This document shows positions 9,361 through 21,499 of a stretch of DNA of 56,068 nucleotides, piece after piece. A program made the translations under genes and the position numbers. Source of the DNA: an uncultured Alphaproteobacteria bacterium (GTDB taxonomy: Bacteria; Pseudomonadota; Alphaproteobacteria; HIMB59); assembly GCA_902514885.1 (NCBI GenBank), contig CABXST010000001.1, positions 1-56,068 on the forward strand, read 5' to 3'. Below the pieces are notes generated by a model, which searched no databases, was not told the origin of the DNA, and saw nothing but the letters and a program-made list of their open reading frames with translations. Numbering within the stretch: the stretch's first letter is position 1; each line of letters begins with the position of its first letter.

Positions 9361-9979
9361 TTATTGGCCAACTAGTTGGAAAAGTTACATAATTAATTTG
9401 CATACATCTTCTCTCAATTTTAATTTCTTTTTTTTCAAGTCCGTGCCATGTATTGTTGCCTGAAGCAAAAAAATATCCTGTATTATGTCTATAAGGGACG
9501 GTCTTAACAAGTTTCATATCGGTATCATAAAAATCTGTTCCAAGTTTCTCTGACTCATCATAAGTGTTAATAAACAACATCATTGTCATAAGCTTTTCCT
9601 TTATGTCCAAATGTGGTTTTAGCCAAAATCCCTTACGATCAGAAATATATTCAATCCTAATAAAACTATTTGAGAGATCTTTTTTGATTTTATCTTGAAT
9701 AGACTCAATAACATCTTTATCCCTCAAATCTTCAATTAGTTTCATTCCATTAAATAGGTTCTCGGAATTATCGCTTTCTAGGAAGACTCTCAGCTTACCA
9801 TCCAAACCATCCCCACCAGCATCAGCAGCTCTAGTACCATCAAAGGACCTTGGTGCATCAGATATATTTACATCATTAAGCTCGTTTATAAGCTCATTTG
9901 TAAAAGGAGTGTCTAGTTCCCAATGAGGGAAAGGATTAGAGTATGTAGTACAACGATTTAAAATTGATTCCTTAAGCAT
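9353..9979 (-). CDS. 2OG-Fe(II) oxygenase family protein
   Basis: PHLD (HxD), distal TWHG, and RR...INY 2OG-binding pattern. Confidence 0.8.
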   Translation of the reverse strand: MLKESILNRCTTYSNPFPHWELDTPFTNELINELNDVNISDAPRSFDGTRAADAGGDGLDGKLRVFLESDNSENLFNGMKLIEDLRDKDVIESIQDKIKKDLSNSFIRIEYISDRKGFWLKPHLDIKEKLMTMMLFINTYDESEKLGTDFYDTDMKLVKTVPYRHNTGYFFASGNNTWHGLEKKEIKIERRCMQINYVTFPTSWPING

Positions 9980-10913
9980 CTTCAGAAATAAACCTTAAAT
10001 TAGATTGTATCTTATTCAAGATCTTAGTTTTTAGTGCTTCATTATACTCACTTATAGATATTTCATATGGTTTTATATTTTGGTCATAGAATTGTGCAAA
10101 ATTGCTACTTGTGATTTTATCAAAAAATTGATGATATCTTTTTGGACACAGCTCCTCTTCAAACTTAAATAAAAATGTACCAGCTTCAGATGATATAGCT
10201 TCAGATATCATAGATATTGAGTCCCAAGTTACAATTTGTAAATGAGCCTGTGATAAAAGCTCACCATATTCTTTTGGGTTAAATAAATCATCAGACATAT
10301 ATATGTTTTCCGTATTAATTTTTGATAATTCCTCTATGAGACTATTTGGTGTTCTTCTTGAGGGAATAATATTCACATTAAATTTTTCACTTAGAAATTT
10401 AATTTCGTTAAGAATTTTTTTCTGTGTTTGTTGATTAAATTTAAAATATTTATTAGGACCGCCGATAATAAAATTAATAATTTTATTATTTCTAGCATTT
10501 TTATTAAATTTTATGTTATGTATTGCTAGCAGTGTTGAAATACAATTCTTTGAGTCTAAATTATCGTGCTCTGGGCAAACTATTAAATCAAATAAATTAT
10601 GATTAACTTTTGGATTTTGAATATGAATATTAAAAATAAATTTTTTATATTTATTTTTTAAATATATAGAGGCTTTTACACTTTTTTTTCCACAACTAAT
10701 AAGAATGGTATTTTTTTCAATTTTTAATGAAGAGAGATTAATATAAGCAAAACTACGGCTTGGTATTAATTCAATTGGTAAATATTTAAAAAAAGATTTT
10801 ATTTTTAAATCAAAGTTTTTATAGTCCTCAGATATTAAGCTCGCTAATCCCTCTATCTGGCTTCTCATACCAGCAGCACCTTCGCTGATGGTAATTACAT
10901 TAAAATTATCCAA
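9972..10913 (-). CDS. ELM1/GtrOC1 family putative glycosyltransferase
   Basis: ISCG, IHIQNP, FDLIVCPEHD, IIGG, SRRTP and VTWDSISMISEA motifs. Confidence 0.87.
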   Translation of the reverse strand: MDNFNVITISEGAAGMRSQIEGLASLISEDYKNFDLKIKSFFKYLPIELIPSRSFAYINLSSLKIEKNTILISCGKKSVKASIYLKNKYKKFIFNIHIQNPKVNHNLFDLIVCPEHDNLDSKNCISTLLAIHNIKFNKNARNNKIINFIIGGPNKYFKFNQQTQKKILNEIKFLSEKFNVNIIPSRRTPNSLIEELSKINTENIYMSDDLFNPKEYGELLSQAHLQIVTWDSISMISEAISSEAGTFLFKFEEELCPKRYHQFFDKITSSNFAQFYDQNIKPYEISISEYNEALKTKILNKIQSNLRFISEDA

Positions 10914-10919
10914 ATTTTA

Positions 10920-11393
10920 TTATTTAAATCTTACAGACTTAATTTCGTACGAAGTAATACCTTTTGGAGTAGAAACTTCTATGTAGTCACCTTTTTTTTT
11001 GCCTATTAGTGCTCTTGCTATAGGGCTAGTAACAGATATTTTTTTTTGTTCAATGTCAGCTTCTACTTCTCCAACTAGTTGATACTTTGACTCTTTATCA
11101 TTATCTAAGTTAATTATCGAAACTGTGGCCCCAAACTTTACTACAGTTCCTGATAGTTTTGATACATCAATCAGTTCAGCTTGAGCAATTATACTCTCTA
11201 TTTCAGCTACTCTACCTTCAATAAAACTCTGTTTTTCACGAGCAGCATGATACTCAGCATTTTCAGAAAGATCTCCATTACTTCTAGCATCAGCAATTGC
11301 TTTTATAATAATAGGTCTTTCAACAGTTTTAAGATGCTTAAGTTCATCGAGGAGTTTTTTTTGCCCCTCTTCTGTCATTGGTATTTTTTCCAT
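10920..11393 (-). CDS. greA: Transcription elongation factor GreA
   Basis: GDLSENAEYHAA and ISVTSPIARALIG. Confidence 0.97.
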   Translation of the reverse strand: MEKIPMTEEGQKKLLDELKHLKTVERPIIIKAIADARSNGDLSENAEYHAAREKQSFIEGRVAEIESIIAQAELIDVSKLSGTVVKFGATVSIINLDNDKESKYQLVGEVEADIEQKKISVTSPIARALIGKKKGDYIEVSTPKGITSYEIKSVRFK

Positions 11394-11464
11394 TTTTTAA
11401 TACAATTTTTATTAAGTTGTAGAAAATATTGAATTTTCTTGGTTATTACAAATGAATTTTTAAA

Positions 11465-14400
11465 TTAAAAAGAATGATGAATTTGTATAGGTTTTACAGA
11501 AATTGGCTTATTTTTTAATGTTATCAATGATTTTATTAATATTTTTGCACTTCTAAGGTTGGTATAATAGGGAACGTTAAGATCCACAGAAGTTCTTCTT
11601 ATTGTGAAACTATCAATTATTGCCTGTTTGTCCTCAGTTGTATTGATTACCAAATCTATCTTATTTTCCTTAATATATTCAACCACATGGGGAGATCCTT
11701 CAGCCACTTTATTAACTAAATTTGAAGAAATTCCCTCTTTCATTAAATAGTCGTGAGTGCCTTTCGTAGAAAATAAATTATAGCCATTATCTGTGAATGA
11801 TTTAGCCATCTCAGATATACTTTGCTTATCCTCATCTTTAACAGAGATGAATATATTTTCTATATCATTTAGTTTCTGACCAGCACCAATTTGACTTTTT
11901 AAATAAGCTAAATAAAAATCCTCATCAATTCCCATAACTTCACCAGTGCTTTTCATCTCTGGTCCTAGAATGACATCAGTATTTGGGAATTTGTTAAATG
12001 GAAATACAGCCTCTTTGATTGCAAAATATGGTAAAGAGCTATTATCAAACTCCTGATTTTCTTTAGATAAAGTTTTACCAACTATTAATTCAGCTGCTAT
12101 TTTAATAAATGGTATTCCTATGGCCTTTGCAAGAAATGGAATGGTTCTGCTAGCTCTTGGATTTGCTTCAAGAATAAAAATCTCATTATCTTTGATAGCA
12201 TATTGAATATTCATTAAACCAAGTGTCTTTAATTCAGATGCAAGAGATATACTAAATTTTTTAATATCGGATATCACTTTATCATTAAGAGAGAAGGTGG
12301 GTATACTACAAGCACTATCACCAGAGTGAATACCAGCTTCTTCAATGTGTTCCATAATACCTGCTATCATAGTATTACCTTGACTATCTCTTAATACATC
12401 AACATCAACCTCTTTTGCATTTTGAAGAAACTCATCAATTAAAATTACATTATTTTCTAATGCCCAGTAGTTTTGATCTATATAATCTTGCACATCATCT
12501 AAATTGGCCATTTTTTCCATCATTCTTCCACCCAAGACATATGAAGGTCTAAGCAGAATAGGAAACTTTAGTTTGGAAGACTTGGCAAAAAGCTCTTTTG
12601 TTCCTAAAGAAATATCACTCTTTGGTTGTTTTAAACCTACTTTACTGATTAATTTTTGAAATCTCTCCCTGTCTTCTGATATATCTATTGCTTCAAAAGA
12701 GGTGCCGAGTATCTTATAACCATACTCTTTGAGCTTGTTGGCTATTCTTAGAGGTGTTTGTCCACCAAATTGGACTATTACCCCCTCTACAACACCGGTC
12801 TCGTTTTCTTTATCAATTATATTTTTGACGTATTCAAAATCCAAAGGCTCGAAATAAAGTTTATCTGAAGTATCATAATCAGTTGAAACGGTCTCAGGAT
12901 TACAATTAATCATAATTGTTTCATAGCCAAGTTTCTGAAAAGATTTTACAGCTTGGACACAACAATAATCAAATTCAATACCTTGACCTATTCTGTTAGG
13001 CCCAGAACCAAGAATGATAATCTTTTTTTTATCAACCGGTCTAGACTCGCAGCTAAATTCGTTTATTTCAGAGGCGAAAGTTGAATAAAGATAAGCAGTA
13101 GAGGAGTCGAATTCATTTCCACATGTATCTACTCTTTTAAATATCGTCTTTAAATTATTATTTTTTTGAAGAATATAAATCTTATCTATATTAATTTTTG
13201 TTAAATTACTTATGTGGTGATTTGAAAATCCAGTTTTTTTAGCTAATGTAAATAAATTTTTATCTAAGTTATTCCCTGCCTTTACTAACAACTGTTCGAT
13301 ATTGATAATTTCATTAATTTCTCTTAAAAAAAATAAATCTATATATGTTAACTCACTTATTTCATTTAAAGATATTTTACGTCTTATAGCTTCTGCAACT
13401 ATTAATAACCTATCAGGTCTTTGTTTTGTAAGTAGATTTTTTAAATTCTCATCTTTGAGATTTAATAATTCGTGACTAATATCCAAACCAAAGTTATCAG
13501 ACTCTATCGAATAGAATGCTTTCAAAAGAGACTCTTTGAAAGTTCTGCCTATAGACATAATTTCACCTACTGATTTCATAGCAGTATTTAATTCACTAGG
13601 TGTTCCCTGAAATTTTTCAAAATTAAATTTTGGAATTTTGGTTACAATATAATCAATTACTGGTTCAAAACTTGCTGGAGTTACTTTAGTTATATCATTC
13701 TCTAACTCATCTAATGTGTAGCCAACTGCTAAGAGAGCAGCTATCTTAGCAATAGGGAACCCCGTGGCCTTGGATGCTAAGGCAGATGACCTACTGACCC
13801 TAGGATTCATTTCAATAATTAAAATTCTTCCATTTTTTGGATTTACTGCAAATTGAACATTAGAACCTCCAGTCTCTACACCTATTTTTCTTAGTATTGC
13901 AATACTTTGATTCCTTAATTTTTGATATTCTTTATCTGTTAAAGTAAGTGCTGGGGCTATGGTTATACTATCGCCCGTATGTATTCCCATAGGATCTAAA
14001 TTTTCTATTGAACAAACTATTATTGAATTATCTAAATTATCTCTTACTACTTCAAACTCAAACTCTTTCCAACCAATTAACGATTCTTCGACAAGAGTCT
14101 TTGATACAGGACTCAAATCAATAGCATTTTTAACTTTGGAAATAAATTCATCTTTATCGTACACAATTCCACCACCCGTCCCCCCCAGCGTGTAAAAAGG
14201 TCTTAAAATTAATGGGAAACTAACTTCACTAACCATTTTCTTAAGGTCAGACTTATCATCAACTATAATACTAAATGGTGTCTCAAGCCCAATGTCAGAC
14301 ATAGCTTCAGCAAATAACTTTCTATCTTCTGCTACATCAATTGATCTAGGACTAGCACCTAAGATTTTGATAGAGCTATTTTCAAAAAAACTCTCTTTAT

Positions 14401-14707
14401 TTAGTTCTCTAATTATATTTAGAGCTGTTTGACCTCCCATTGTTGGTAAAATTGCATCAGGTTTCTCTTTATTAATTATTTTTTTTACAATTTCTTTATC
14501 AATAGGTTCAATATAAGTTTTATCTGCAAACTCAGGATCTGTCATTATAGTAGCAGGATTTGAGTTAACTAACACAACCTCATAACCTTCTTTTTTAAGA
14601 GCTTTACACGCCTGACTACCAGAGTAATCAAATTCACATGCCTGACCGATAATTATTGGACCTGAGCCAATTACCAATATTTTAGATATATCTTTTCTAG
14701 CCGGCAT
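11465..14707 (-). CDS. carB: Carbamoyl-phosphate synthase large subunit
   Basis: [17 protein letters not shown], duplicated ATP-grasp domains, C-terminal MGS domain. Confidence 0.98.
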   Translation of the reverse strand: MPARKDISKILVIGSGPIIIGQACEFDYSGSQACKALKKEGYEVVLVNSNPATIMTDPEFADKTYIEPIDKEIVKKIINKEKPDAILPTMGGQTALNIIRELNKESFFENSSIKILGASPRSIDVAEDRKLFAEAMSDIGLETPFSIIVDDKSDLKKMVSEVSFPLILRPFYTLGGTGGGIVYDKDEFISKVKNAIDLSPVSKTLVEESLIGWKEFEFEVVRDNLDNSIIVCSIENLDPMGIHTGDSITIAPALTLTDKEYQKLRNQSIAILRKIGVETGGSNVQFAVNPKNGRILIIEMNPRVSRSSALASKATGFPIAKIAALLAVGYTLDELENDITKVTPASFEPVIDYIVTKIPKFNFEKFQGTPSELNTAMKSVGEIMSIGRTFKESLLKAFYSIESDNFGLDISHELLNLKDENLKNLLTKQRPDRLLIVAEAIRRKISLNEISELTYIDLFFLREINEIINIEQLLVKAGNNLDKNLFTLAKKTGFSNHHISNLTKINIDKIYILQKNNNLKTIFKRVDTCGNEFDSSTAYLYSTFASEINEFSCESRPVDKKKIIILGSGPNRIGQGIEFDYCCVQAVKSFQKLGYETIMINCNPETVSTDYDTSDKLYFEPLDFEYVKNIIDKENETGVVEGVIVQFGGQTPLRIANKLKEYGYKILGTSFEAIDISEDRERFQKLISKVGLKQPKSDISLGTKELFAKSSKLKFPILLRPSYVLGGRMMEKMANLDDVQDYIDQNYWALENNVILIDEFLQNAKEVDVDVLRDSQGNTMIAGIMEHIEEAGIHSGDSACSIPTFSLNDKVISDIKKFSISLASELKTLGLMNIQYAIKDNEIFILEANPRASRTIPFLAKAIGIPFIKIAAELIVGKTLSKENQEFDNSSLPYFAIKEAVFPFNKFPNTDVILGPEMKSTGEVMGIDEDFYLAYLKSQIGAGQKLNDIENIFISVKDEDKQSISEMAKSFTDNGYNLFSTKGTHDYLMKEGISSNLVNKVAEGSPHVVEYIKENKIDLVINTTEDKQAIIDSFTIRRTSVDLNVPYYTNLRSAKILIKSLITLKNKPISVKPIQIHHSF

Positions 14708-15836
14708 TTTTATCCATTAGATTTATAAATTCGTCAAAAAGATATCTACTGTCATGTGGTCCTGGACTTGATTCTGGATGATATTGTACTGAAAATAAGG
14801 GTTGATCTTTTGATTTCATCCCATCTATAGTTTTATCGAACAATGATTTGTGAGTAATTTGTAGTGAGGTTGGAAAGTTATTTTCTAGAACAACAAATCC
14901 ATGATTTTGAGATGTTATTTCTACTTTGTTAGTATCTAAATTTTTCACTGGATGATTTCCTCCTCGATGACCTTTTTCCATTCGAGCTGTTGAAGCATTA
15001 AAAGCCAAGCTTAATATTTGATGACCTAGACATATACCAAATGTTGGAATTTTTTTATTTAGTAATTTAGTTAATTCAGGTTTTATATTCTCATAAACTT
15101 TTTTGGGATCACCAGGGCCATTACTTAAAAAAATACCATCAAATTTTTTATTAATTATGTCTTTAGCTTTAAAATTCATATCAAATTCCTCTATATTACA
15201 ATCTCTTGAGTATAAATTTTTCTTAATATTATCCTTTGCACCAAAGTTTAAAAAAGCTATTAAGTATTTTGTTTTATTTTTTTCTTTCTCTTTGATGGTT
15301 AACTCTGATGTAAAATCTTTAATAACATCATTTTCTTCCAGAGAGAGACTTTGATCAATTTGTGCAGATATTTCTTCAATATTTTTGGTTTTAAAGTAAT
15401 CCTCAGAGCATAGCATAATATTTTTTGGTCCAAAATTTCTTATAATTTTTGTTAAAGATCTCGTATCTAAATCAAAAAAAGCACAAGAATTTTGATCCAT
15501 TATCCATTTTGCAAAACTAGTTTGAGCTCTCCAATTTGAACTTTGTTCAAATAATTCATTGCTTATAAGACCAGATGCATGAATTTTCCAAGACTCATAG
15601 TCTTCGTCGTTACATCCAACTATTCCTATTAATGGAAAGGTAAAGTTTATAAATTGAGATTTATACGAAGGGTCAGTTAAAATTTCTTGATAACCAGTCA
15701 TACTGGTATTGAAGCAGATTTCGGCTATCTTGAAGTCTTCTTTTGATAGAAACTTACCTTTGAAAATATAATTTTTGTTATAAATTAAGTAACCGTTTTG
15801 ATAATTTAATTTTATTTTATTATCTAATACGGTCAT
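14697..15836 (-). CDS. carA: Carbamoyl-phosphate synthase small subunit
   Basis: [37 protein letters not shown]. Confidence 0.97.
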   Translation of the reverse strand: MTVLDNKIKLNYQNGYLIYNKNYIFKGKFLSKEDFKIAEICFNTSMTGYQEILTDPSYKSQFINFTFPLIGIVGCNDEDYESWKIHASGLISNELFEQSSNWRAQTSFAKWIMDQNSCAFFDLDTRSLTKIIRNFGPKNIMLCSEDYFKTKNIEEISAQIDQSLSLEENDVIKDFTSELTIKEKEKNKTKYLIAFLNFGAKDNIKKNLYSRDCNIEEFDMNFKAKDIINKKFDGIFLSNGPGDPKKVYENIKPELTKLLNKKIPTFGICLGHQILSLAFNASTARMEKGHRGGNHPVKNLDTNKVEITSQNHGFVVLENNFPTSLQITHKSLFDKTIDGMKSKDQPLFSVQYHPESSPGPHDSRYLFDEFINLMDKNAG

Positions 15837-15879
15837 ATTAAATCATGTGTATTAGTATATTATTAGAGAGGAAATTCAA

Positions 15880-16338
15880 ATGAGTTTGGCAAAAAAAATT
15901 TCTGATGACGTTAAAAGTGCTTTAAAAGGTGGAGATAAGAAAAAACTTTCAATAGCGAGGTATATCTATTCTGAGTTGAAAAATTTTCTAATAAAAGAGA
16001 ATCTAGATAGGGATGTGATCAAGTTATCTGATGAAAATGTAATCAAAATTATTAAAACCCAACTAAAACAAAAAAAAGAGTCATTAGAATTTGCCTTACA
16101 GGCAAAAATTCAAAGTAAAATCGATGACTTAGAATTTGATATTTATTACCTAAATAATTTTCTTCCCACTTTGATGGATGATGATTCCACAAGAGATATT
16201 ATATTAGATCACATCAAAGAAAATAATTTAGAAAATAAAGATTTTGGTAAAATAATGGGTTTTTTGAAGCAAAATTATAATAATAAAATTGATATGAATT
16301 TAGCTTCCAAAATTATCAAACATGTTTTTAAAGAATGA
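15880..16338 (+). CDS. GatB/YqeY domain protein
   Basis: Helical YqeY pattern (ALK.GDK..., FLP, KDFGKIMG); usual position between carA and dnaG. Confidence 0.8.
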   Translation: MSLAKKISDDVKSALKGGDKKKLSIARYIYSELKNFLIKENLDRDVIKLSDENVIKIIKTQLKQKKESLEFALQAKIQSKIDDLEFDIYYLNNFLPTLMDDDSTRDIILDHIKENNLENKDFGKIMGFLKQNYNNKIDMNLASKIIKHVFKE

Positions 16339-17918
16339 CAGATGATAACATAAAAGAAGTTATAAACAGAACTTCTATAGTTGAAATTATTAACTCATCA
16401 GTTCCTTTAAAGAAAAAAGGAAGTAATTATTTTGGCCTAAGTCCCTTTAAGAAGGAAAAAACACCATCATTTTCTGTTAATGAAGAAAAGAAAATATTCC
16501 ATTGTTTTAGCACAGGAGAACACGGCAATGTAATTGATTTTTTGATTAAAGTGAAAGGATATAGTTTTAAAGATGCTTTGTATGAACTAGCTGATAAGGC
16601 GGGTATTGAATTAAGTTTTAAATCATCAAAATTAAATAATATTATTTACGAAATTAACTCTTTCACAAAAGACATATTTCATCAAAATTTATTAAATTCT
16701 AATAAACATTTAGATTATTTATTAAAAAAAAGAAAATTTCATATGGACACAATTCTAAGCTTTGAATTAGGATCATCATTAAATTCCTTTGATATTCAAA
16801 AAAAGCTCTTAAACAATTTTGAAATTAATAATTTAGTATCTGCTGGTATTTTCAGCAAAAATAAAAATTCTAAATTATTTTTTTCTAATAGAATTATGGT
16901 TCCCATAATCAATATGCAAAACAAAACTTTAGGTTTCGGTGGTAGAGTAATTAACGATAGTTTACCAAAGTATATAAATACAGCTGAAACTAAGATTTTT
17001 AAAAAAAAACAAATCTTATTTAATGAAAAAATACTTAATAAACAAAATAGTAAAAAAATAATTATAGTAGAGGGTTATTTTGATGTTATTAAATTAGAAC
17101 AATGTGGTTTTAAAAACTGTATAGCTCCTCTGGGAACATCTATAAATCATGAGAAATTAATTGAAATAACTAAAAAAGGTTTCGAGATAATAGTATGCCT
17201 CGATGGAGATGTAGCTGGAAGAAATGCAACTATAAGATTAATGAATAATTTACTTGGTGATAAAAAATTTGAACTTGGAATTAAATTTGTATTACTTCCA
17301 AAAAATTATGATCCAGATCAATTAATAGAATCTAATATGTCTGATACATTAAGTAAACTTATAGATCAACCACTGTCTATTGAAGAACTAATTGAGAAGT
17401 ATCTAGAAAAATTTAATAGAAGTACAGACATAGATAGCCAGTTTAAAGGGTCAAAAGTATTAAAAAGTTTACTTACAAATATATCTAATATTGATTTAAA
17501 AAAAATTCTTACTAAACATTTTGATAATATAAATTCAAGAAAAGTTAATCAAAAAGCTAGTGGTAATTCTAATACTCAAAATCTAGAACTTAAATTTGAT
17601 TTGAAATCAAAATTTTCTGCTGCTTTGATTATATTCTTTATTGAAAATCAATCTCAAAGAGAAAGGGTTTATGATTTAATAGCAACTGCTAAATTTGAAG
17701 GTAAATTTAAAGAAATCCGAGACTTAGTTATTAAAAAAACTCTATTCAAATCAACAACTATTGAGATTTATGCAGAATTAGACTCTAAGGGATTGAATTT
17801 TGTAAAAAATTTACTATTTTCTAATGAAGTTCGAAGGCTGTGTAGATTTGCATCACCTAAATTTAGTCACGACCCTTACAATGAAATTGAAAAAACAATT
17901 AGTTTTATAAATAGTTAA
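16335..17918 (+). CDS. dnaG: DNA primase
   Basis: [32 protein letters not shown] and DGDVAG, DPD. Confidence 0.96.
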   Translation: MTDDNIKEVINRTSIVEIINSSVPLKKKGSNYFGLSPFKKEKTPSFSVNEEKKIFHCFSTGEHGNVIDFLIKVKGYSFKDALYELADKAGIELSFKSSKLNNIIYEINSFTKDIFHQNLLNSNKHLDYLLKKRKFHMDTILSFELGSSLNSFDIQKKLLNNFEINNLVSAGIFSKNKNSKLFFSNRIMVPIINMQNKTLGFGGRVINDSLPKYINTAETKIFKKKQILFNEKILNKQNSKKIIIVEGYFDVIKLEQCGFKNCIAPLGTSINHEKLIEITKKGFEIIVCLDGDVAGRNATIRLMNNLLGDKKFELGIKFVLLPKNYDPDQLIESNMSDTLSKLIDQPLSIEELIEKYLEKFNRSTDIDSQFKGSKVLKSLLTNISNIDLKKILTKHFDNINSRKVNQKASGNSNTQNLELKFDLKSKFSAALIIFFIENQSQRERVYDLIATAKFEGKFKEIRDLVIKKTLFKSTTIEIYAELDSKGLNFVKNLLFSNEVRRLCRFASPKFSHDPYNEIEKTISFINS

Positions 17919-17920
17919 AA

Positions 17921-19969
17921 ATGGCAAAAAAAAAAGTTACAACAAAAAATCCAAAAAAAAAAATTATTAAAAAAAAAGCTGTCTTAGAAAAAAAAGCAAA
18001 AATATCAAAGACAAATAAAAAATCTGATAGTTTATCAAATTCATTAGAATTAATTTATAAAGAAAACGAAAACCAGCTTATTTCATTAATTACAAAAGAA
18101 TTTGATAAAGATATATCTTCAAAAGCAAAATCATATATCAAGTCGTACTCTAAAATTGAGGACTCTATTATTACTGTAAATGATTTTTTAAACTACCTTG
18201 AAAATCATGATGAAGATCTCTTTAAATTATTCAAAGCCTATACTTCCTCAGACTCAGCTTCGTCATCTTCAAATGACGAGACAGAAGAAGAAGAAAAATC
18301 CCCTGGCGTAAAAAGTGATGATCCTGTTCGAATGTACCTAAAGGAAATGGGTAACGTTGAGTTACTTTCCAGAGAAGGTGAAATAGCAATTGCAAAAAGA
18401 ATTGAGTCTGGATTGGACAGAATGATGAATTCAATTCTTGAGTGCCCAGCTTCGATAGAAATTCTCAAAAAATGGATTGACCAAGTTAAAAATAATGAAA
18501 TTAATCTAAGAGAAATAGTTGACTTTGATGAATATTTTAATGAAGACAACGACCCTTATTCAAACTCTTCCAAAAGAAAAGAAATCCAGAAAATAATTAA
18601 TGATAAAAAGAAAGTTTTATTAAAAGAAAAGCAGCAATTAATGAAAGATCAAGGGATAGAAATAGATAAAGAAAAACTTCAAGAAACATCAAATGAGGAA
18701 GATATTGAAAATGAGAGCTTTTCTATTTCTATAATTGAGGAATTTTATAAACCTGAAATCTTAAAAAAATTAGATAGAGTTTTAGTGCTTTCTGAAAACA
18801 TAACTAAAATTAAAAAAAATAAGAATATTGCTAAAATTTCTGATTTAAAATCATTAAAAGAACTTAAAAAATATCAGGATGAGATACTTAATTACTTTAA
18901 TGAAATAAAAATTAAGCCTTATAAGTTAGAAGAGATAATTACCCATCTTTATTCAATTAACAAGGAGATACAGTCAAAAGAGATCTCTTTACTAACTTTG
19001 GCTACACAAAATAAAATAGGTAGAGACGTCTTTTTAAAACACCATAATTTAAAAGACACCTATACACTGTACCAAAAACATATGATTTCTGCAGATGACT
19101 CTTTTAAAGCTCTATTTCAAAAAAATAGTGATAAATTAAAAGCAATTTATAAAGAAGTCCTAAGTCTATCTAAAATAGCAAATCAAAATACAATCGAATT
19201 CAAGGAGAAGGTCAGAGAAATACAATCTGGCCAAAGAACTGCTAATCAAGCTAAAAAAGAAATGATTGAGGCTAATTTACGCTTAGTAATTTCAATTGCA
19301 AAAAAATATACAAATAGGGGCCTTCAGTTTTTAGACCTTATTCAAGAGGGAAATATAGGCTTAATGAAAGCAGTCGATAAATTTGAATATAGAAGAGGTT
19401 ATAAATTCTCTACTTATGCAACATGGTGGATCAGACAGGCAATTACTAGATCTATCGCAGATCAAGCGAGAACTATTCGTATACCAGTGCATATGATCGA
19501 AACAATAAATAAAATTGTTAGATCAAGTAGACAATTAATTCTTGAGCTGGGAAGAGAACCTACACCAGAAGAATTATCTGTTAGACTTAAAATGCCAATT
19601 GAAAAAGTTAGAAAAGTTTTAAAAATAGCAAAAGAACCAGTTAGTTTAGAGACACCAATAGGTGATGATGATGATAGCTTTCTTGGTGATTTTATCGAGG
19701 ATAAGAATGCAGTTATCCCTGAAGATGCAGTAATGCAATTAAATCTTAGAGAGACTACAACCAAAATACTTTCTACGTTGACACCTAGAGAGGAAAGAGT
19801 TTTGAGGATGAGATTTGGTATAGGAATGTCATCTGACCACACTTTAGAAGAAGTAGGTCAGCAATTTAGTGTTACCAGAGAAAGAATTAGACAAATTGAG
19901 GCAAAAGCATTGAGAAAGCTAAAACACCCGATAAGATCTAAAAAACTTAAGTCTTTTATGGACTCTTAA
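17921..19969 (+). CDS. rpoD: Primary sigma factor sigma70
   Basis: [46 protein letters not shown]. Confidence 0.98.
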   Translation: MAKKKVTTKNPKKKIIKKKAVLEKKAKISKTNKKSDSLSNSLELIYKENENQLISLITKEFDKDISSKAKSYIKSYSKIEDSIITVNDFLNYLENHDEDLFKLFKAYTSSDSASSSSNDETEEEEKSPGVKSDDPVRMYLKEMGNVELLSREGEIAIAKRIESGLDRMMNSILECPASIEILKKWIDQVKNNEINLREIVDFDEYFNEDNDPYSNSSKRKEIQKIINDKKKVLLKEKQQLMKDQGIEIDKEKLQETSNEEDIENESFSISIIEEFYKPEILKKLDRVLVLSENITKIKKNKNIAKISDLKSLKELKKYQDEILNYFNEIKIKPYKLEEIITHLYSINKEIQSKEISLLTLATQNKIGRDVFLKHHNLKDTYTLYQKHMISADDSFKALFQKNSDKLKAIYKEVLSLSKIANQNTIEFKEKVREIQSGQRTANQAKKEMIEANLRLVISIAKKYTNRGLQFLDLIQEGNIGLMKAVDKFEYRRGYKFSTYATWWIRQAITRSIADQARTIRIPVHMIETINKIVRSSRQLILELGREPTPEELSVRLKMPIEKVRKVLKIAKEPVSLETPIGDDDDSFLGDFIEDKNAVIPEDAVMQLNLRETTTKILSTLTPREERVLRMRFGIGMSSDHTLEEVGQQFSVTRERIRQIEAKALRKLKHPIRSKKLKSFMDS

Positions 19970-20035
19970 AAATTATCGTTAATTAAAATTCTTGTTTTTT
20001 TTTCATAAGATTATAATAGTAACAATTCTAATCAT

Positions 20036-20112
20036 GGGCCTGTAGTTCAGTTGGTTAGAACGCGGTGCTCATAACGCCGTTGTCGCAGGTTCGAGTCCTG
20101 CCGGGCCCACCA
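20036..20112 (+). tRNA. tRNA with CAT anticodon, probably tRNA-Ile2 (lysidine-modified, reads AUA)
   Basis: Cloverleaf GGGCCTG/CGGGCCC, loop CT-CAT-AA, CCA end. Paired 1:72 and no GGG/CCC anticodon stem exclude the initiator. The acceptor stem and the position after rpoD match ileX-type genes. Confidence 0.88.
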
Positions 20113-20127
20113 AGGTAAAAAATTATT

Positions 20128-20694
20128 TTATATTTTTTGTATTTCGATTATTAAAGCTTCTAAACTCTCTCTATTTTTTCTCAATATTTTATTAAATTCT
20201 GATTTTTTTGTTACAAAATAAGATGTATTCTCAACTATGACATCTATGATTTTAAATGATGATCCAGTATCTATAACTTTCCAATAGAGATTAGCAGAGG
20301 ATTTATTATCAGAAATTATTGATTTAACTATGTAAATATTATCTTTTATATCAACATCTTTAAGTATTATTGAACTTGAAGAATTTGATTTGGCTAATTT
20401 GTAGATAGTCTTTATCAAATAATCTGTAAAAACATCCAAATATAATGATAATTCATTTTTGGAGCTTTTATTAATTATTTTCTCTCCAACAAGGCCATAT
20501 GCTATTGACTTAATAGCAAAATTTTTGTTTATGAAATACTTATAATTTTCGTAATTTTCATTTTCAGTTCCCTCATTATTATTAATTATTTCTAAGAACT
20601 GATCAGACTCCTTTTTAAACCATTCTGAAACTTCCGAGGCTTGAAGGTTAGAAAAAGAAAAAATAATACTTAATAGAATTACTAAAGTTCTCAT
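20128..20694 (-). CDS. mlaC: MlaC/Ttg2D periplasmic phospholipid-binding protein
   Basis: Signal peptide; YW...FKIIDVIVEN.S....KSEF motif; follows mlaA. Confidence 0.8.
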   Translation of the reverse strand: MRTLVILLSIIFSFSNLQASEVSEWFKKESDQFLEIINNNEGTENENYENYKYFINKNFAIKSIAYGLVGEKIINKSSKNELSLYLDVFTDYLIKTIYKLAKSNSSSSIILKDVDIKDNIYIVKSIISDNKSSANLYWKVIDTGSSFKIIDVIVENTSYFVTKKSEFNKILRKNRESLEALIIEIQKI

Positions 20695-20721
20695 GAAGTA
20701 AAGTAAATATGGTTTAACAAA

Positions 20722-21462
20722 CTATTCAATATAAATTTTTGGTACAGGTAAGTTTTGTATATATTCCTCTTCAAGTTGAGCATTTCTGTTTTGATAATAA
20801 ATAGATTTTATCATTTCATATCTATCTGAGGAAGCGTCTCTTACTTTATCTAATTGATCATCTAATTCAACTCTCTCATTCAATCCATTTCCTATTGCTA
20901 CATATTCTCTATTAGGAACACTATTTGAAATTGGATCCACAAAATATTCAACTACATCTCCACTAAAATCTCTTAGATTGCTTGGACCTATAATTGGTAC
21001 AACTATATAAGGACCACTTGATACACCGCTTTTTGCAAGTGTAATTCCAAAATCTGTCTCATTTTTTTCCATTCCTATTCTTGAAGCTACGTCGATAGCA
21101 CCTAAGCTAGTTATAGTATTAATTGTAAATCTTCCCAATGAATTGAGTGATTTATAAAATTCTCCTTGAAAAATAAAAGATACAGACCTTATTGGTTCCT
21201 TTAAATTACTAAAAAAATTTGATACTCCTTTTTCTACTGGCTCTGGGGCTATAAATCTATAAGTTTTGACAATTGGCCTAATAGCAATATCATCAATAAA
21301 AAAATTAAAATTTAAAATTGCTCTGTTTATTGGCTCTATTGGATCATATATTTCATCGTACGAAATTCCTGTTACAGTTTCACCCTCATTAGAGTGAGAG
21401 AGTGGTATTTGTAAAAAAGTTACAAATGTCACAAAAAGAATTACTTTAAAATGTTTTTTCAT
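20722..21462 (-). CDS. mlaA: MlaA/VacJ family protein
   Basis: DPIEPINR, NFFSNL.EP, RFTINT, DFGITL, GPYIVVPIIGPSNLRD. Confidence 0.92.
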   Translation of the reverse strand: MKKHFKVILFVTFVTFLQIPLSHSNEGETVTGISYDEIYDPIEPINRAILNFNFFIDDIAIRPIVKTYRFIAPEPVEKGVSNFFSNLKEPIRSVSFIFQGEFYKSLNSLGRFTINTITSLGAIDVASRIGMEKNETDFGITLAKSGVSSGPYIVVPIIGPSNLRDFSGDVVEYFVDPISNSVPNREYVAIGNGLNERVELDDQLDKVRDASSDRYEMIKSIYYQNRNAQLEEEYIQNLPVPKIYIE

Positions 21463-21499
21463 TACGTAAAATCTAAATTCATTATATTACAATCAATTT

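Noticed and set aside
4462-20112. Genomic island bounded by tRNA 3' repeats (GCCCACCA at both tRNAs)
   Set aside because: The shared 8-mer is only the two tRNA acceptor ends; the intervening genes are core, and there is no integrase or separate att copy.
20036-20112. Initiator or elongator tRNA-Met
   Set aside because: There is no C1:A72 mismatch and no three G-C anticodon-stem pairs. The acceptor stem and post-rpoD position favour Ile2; elongator Met is not fully excluded.
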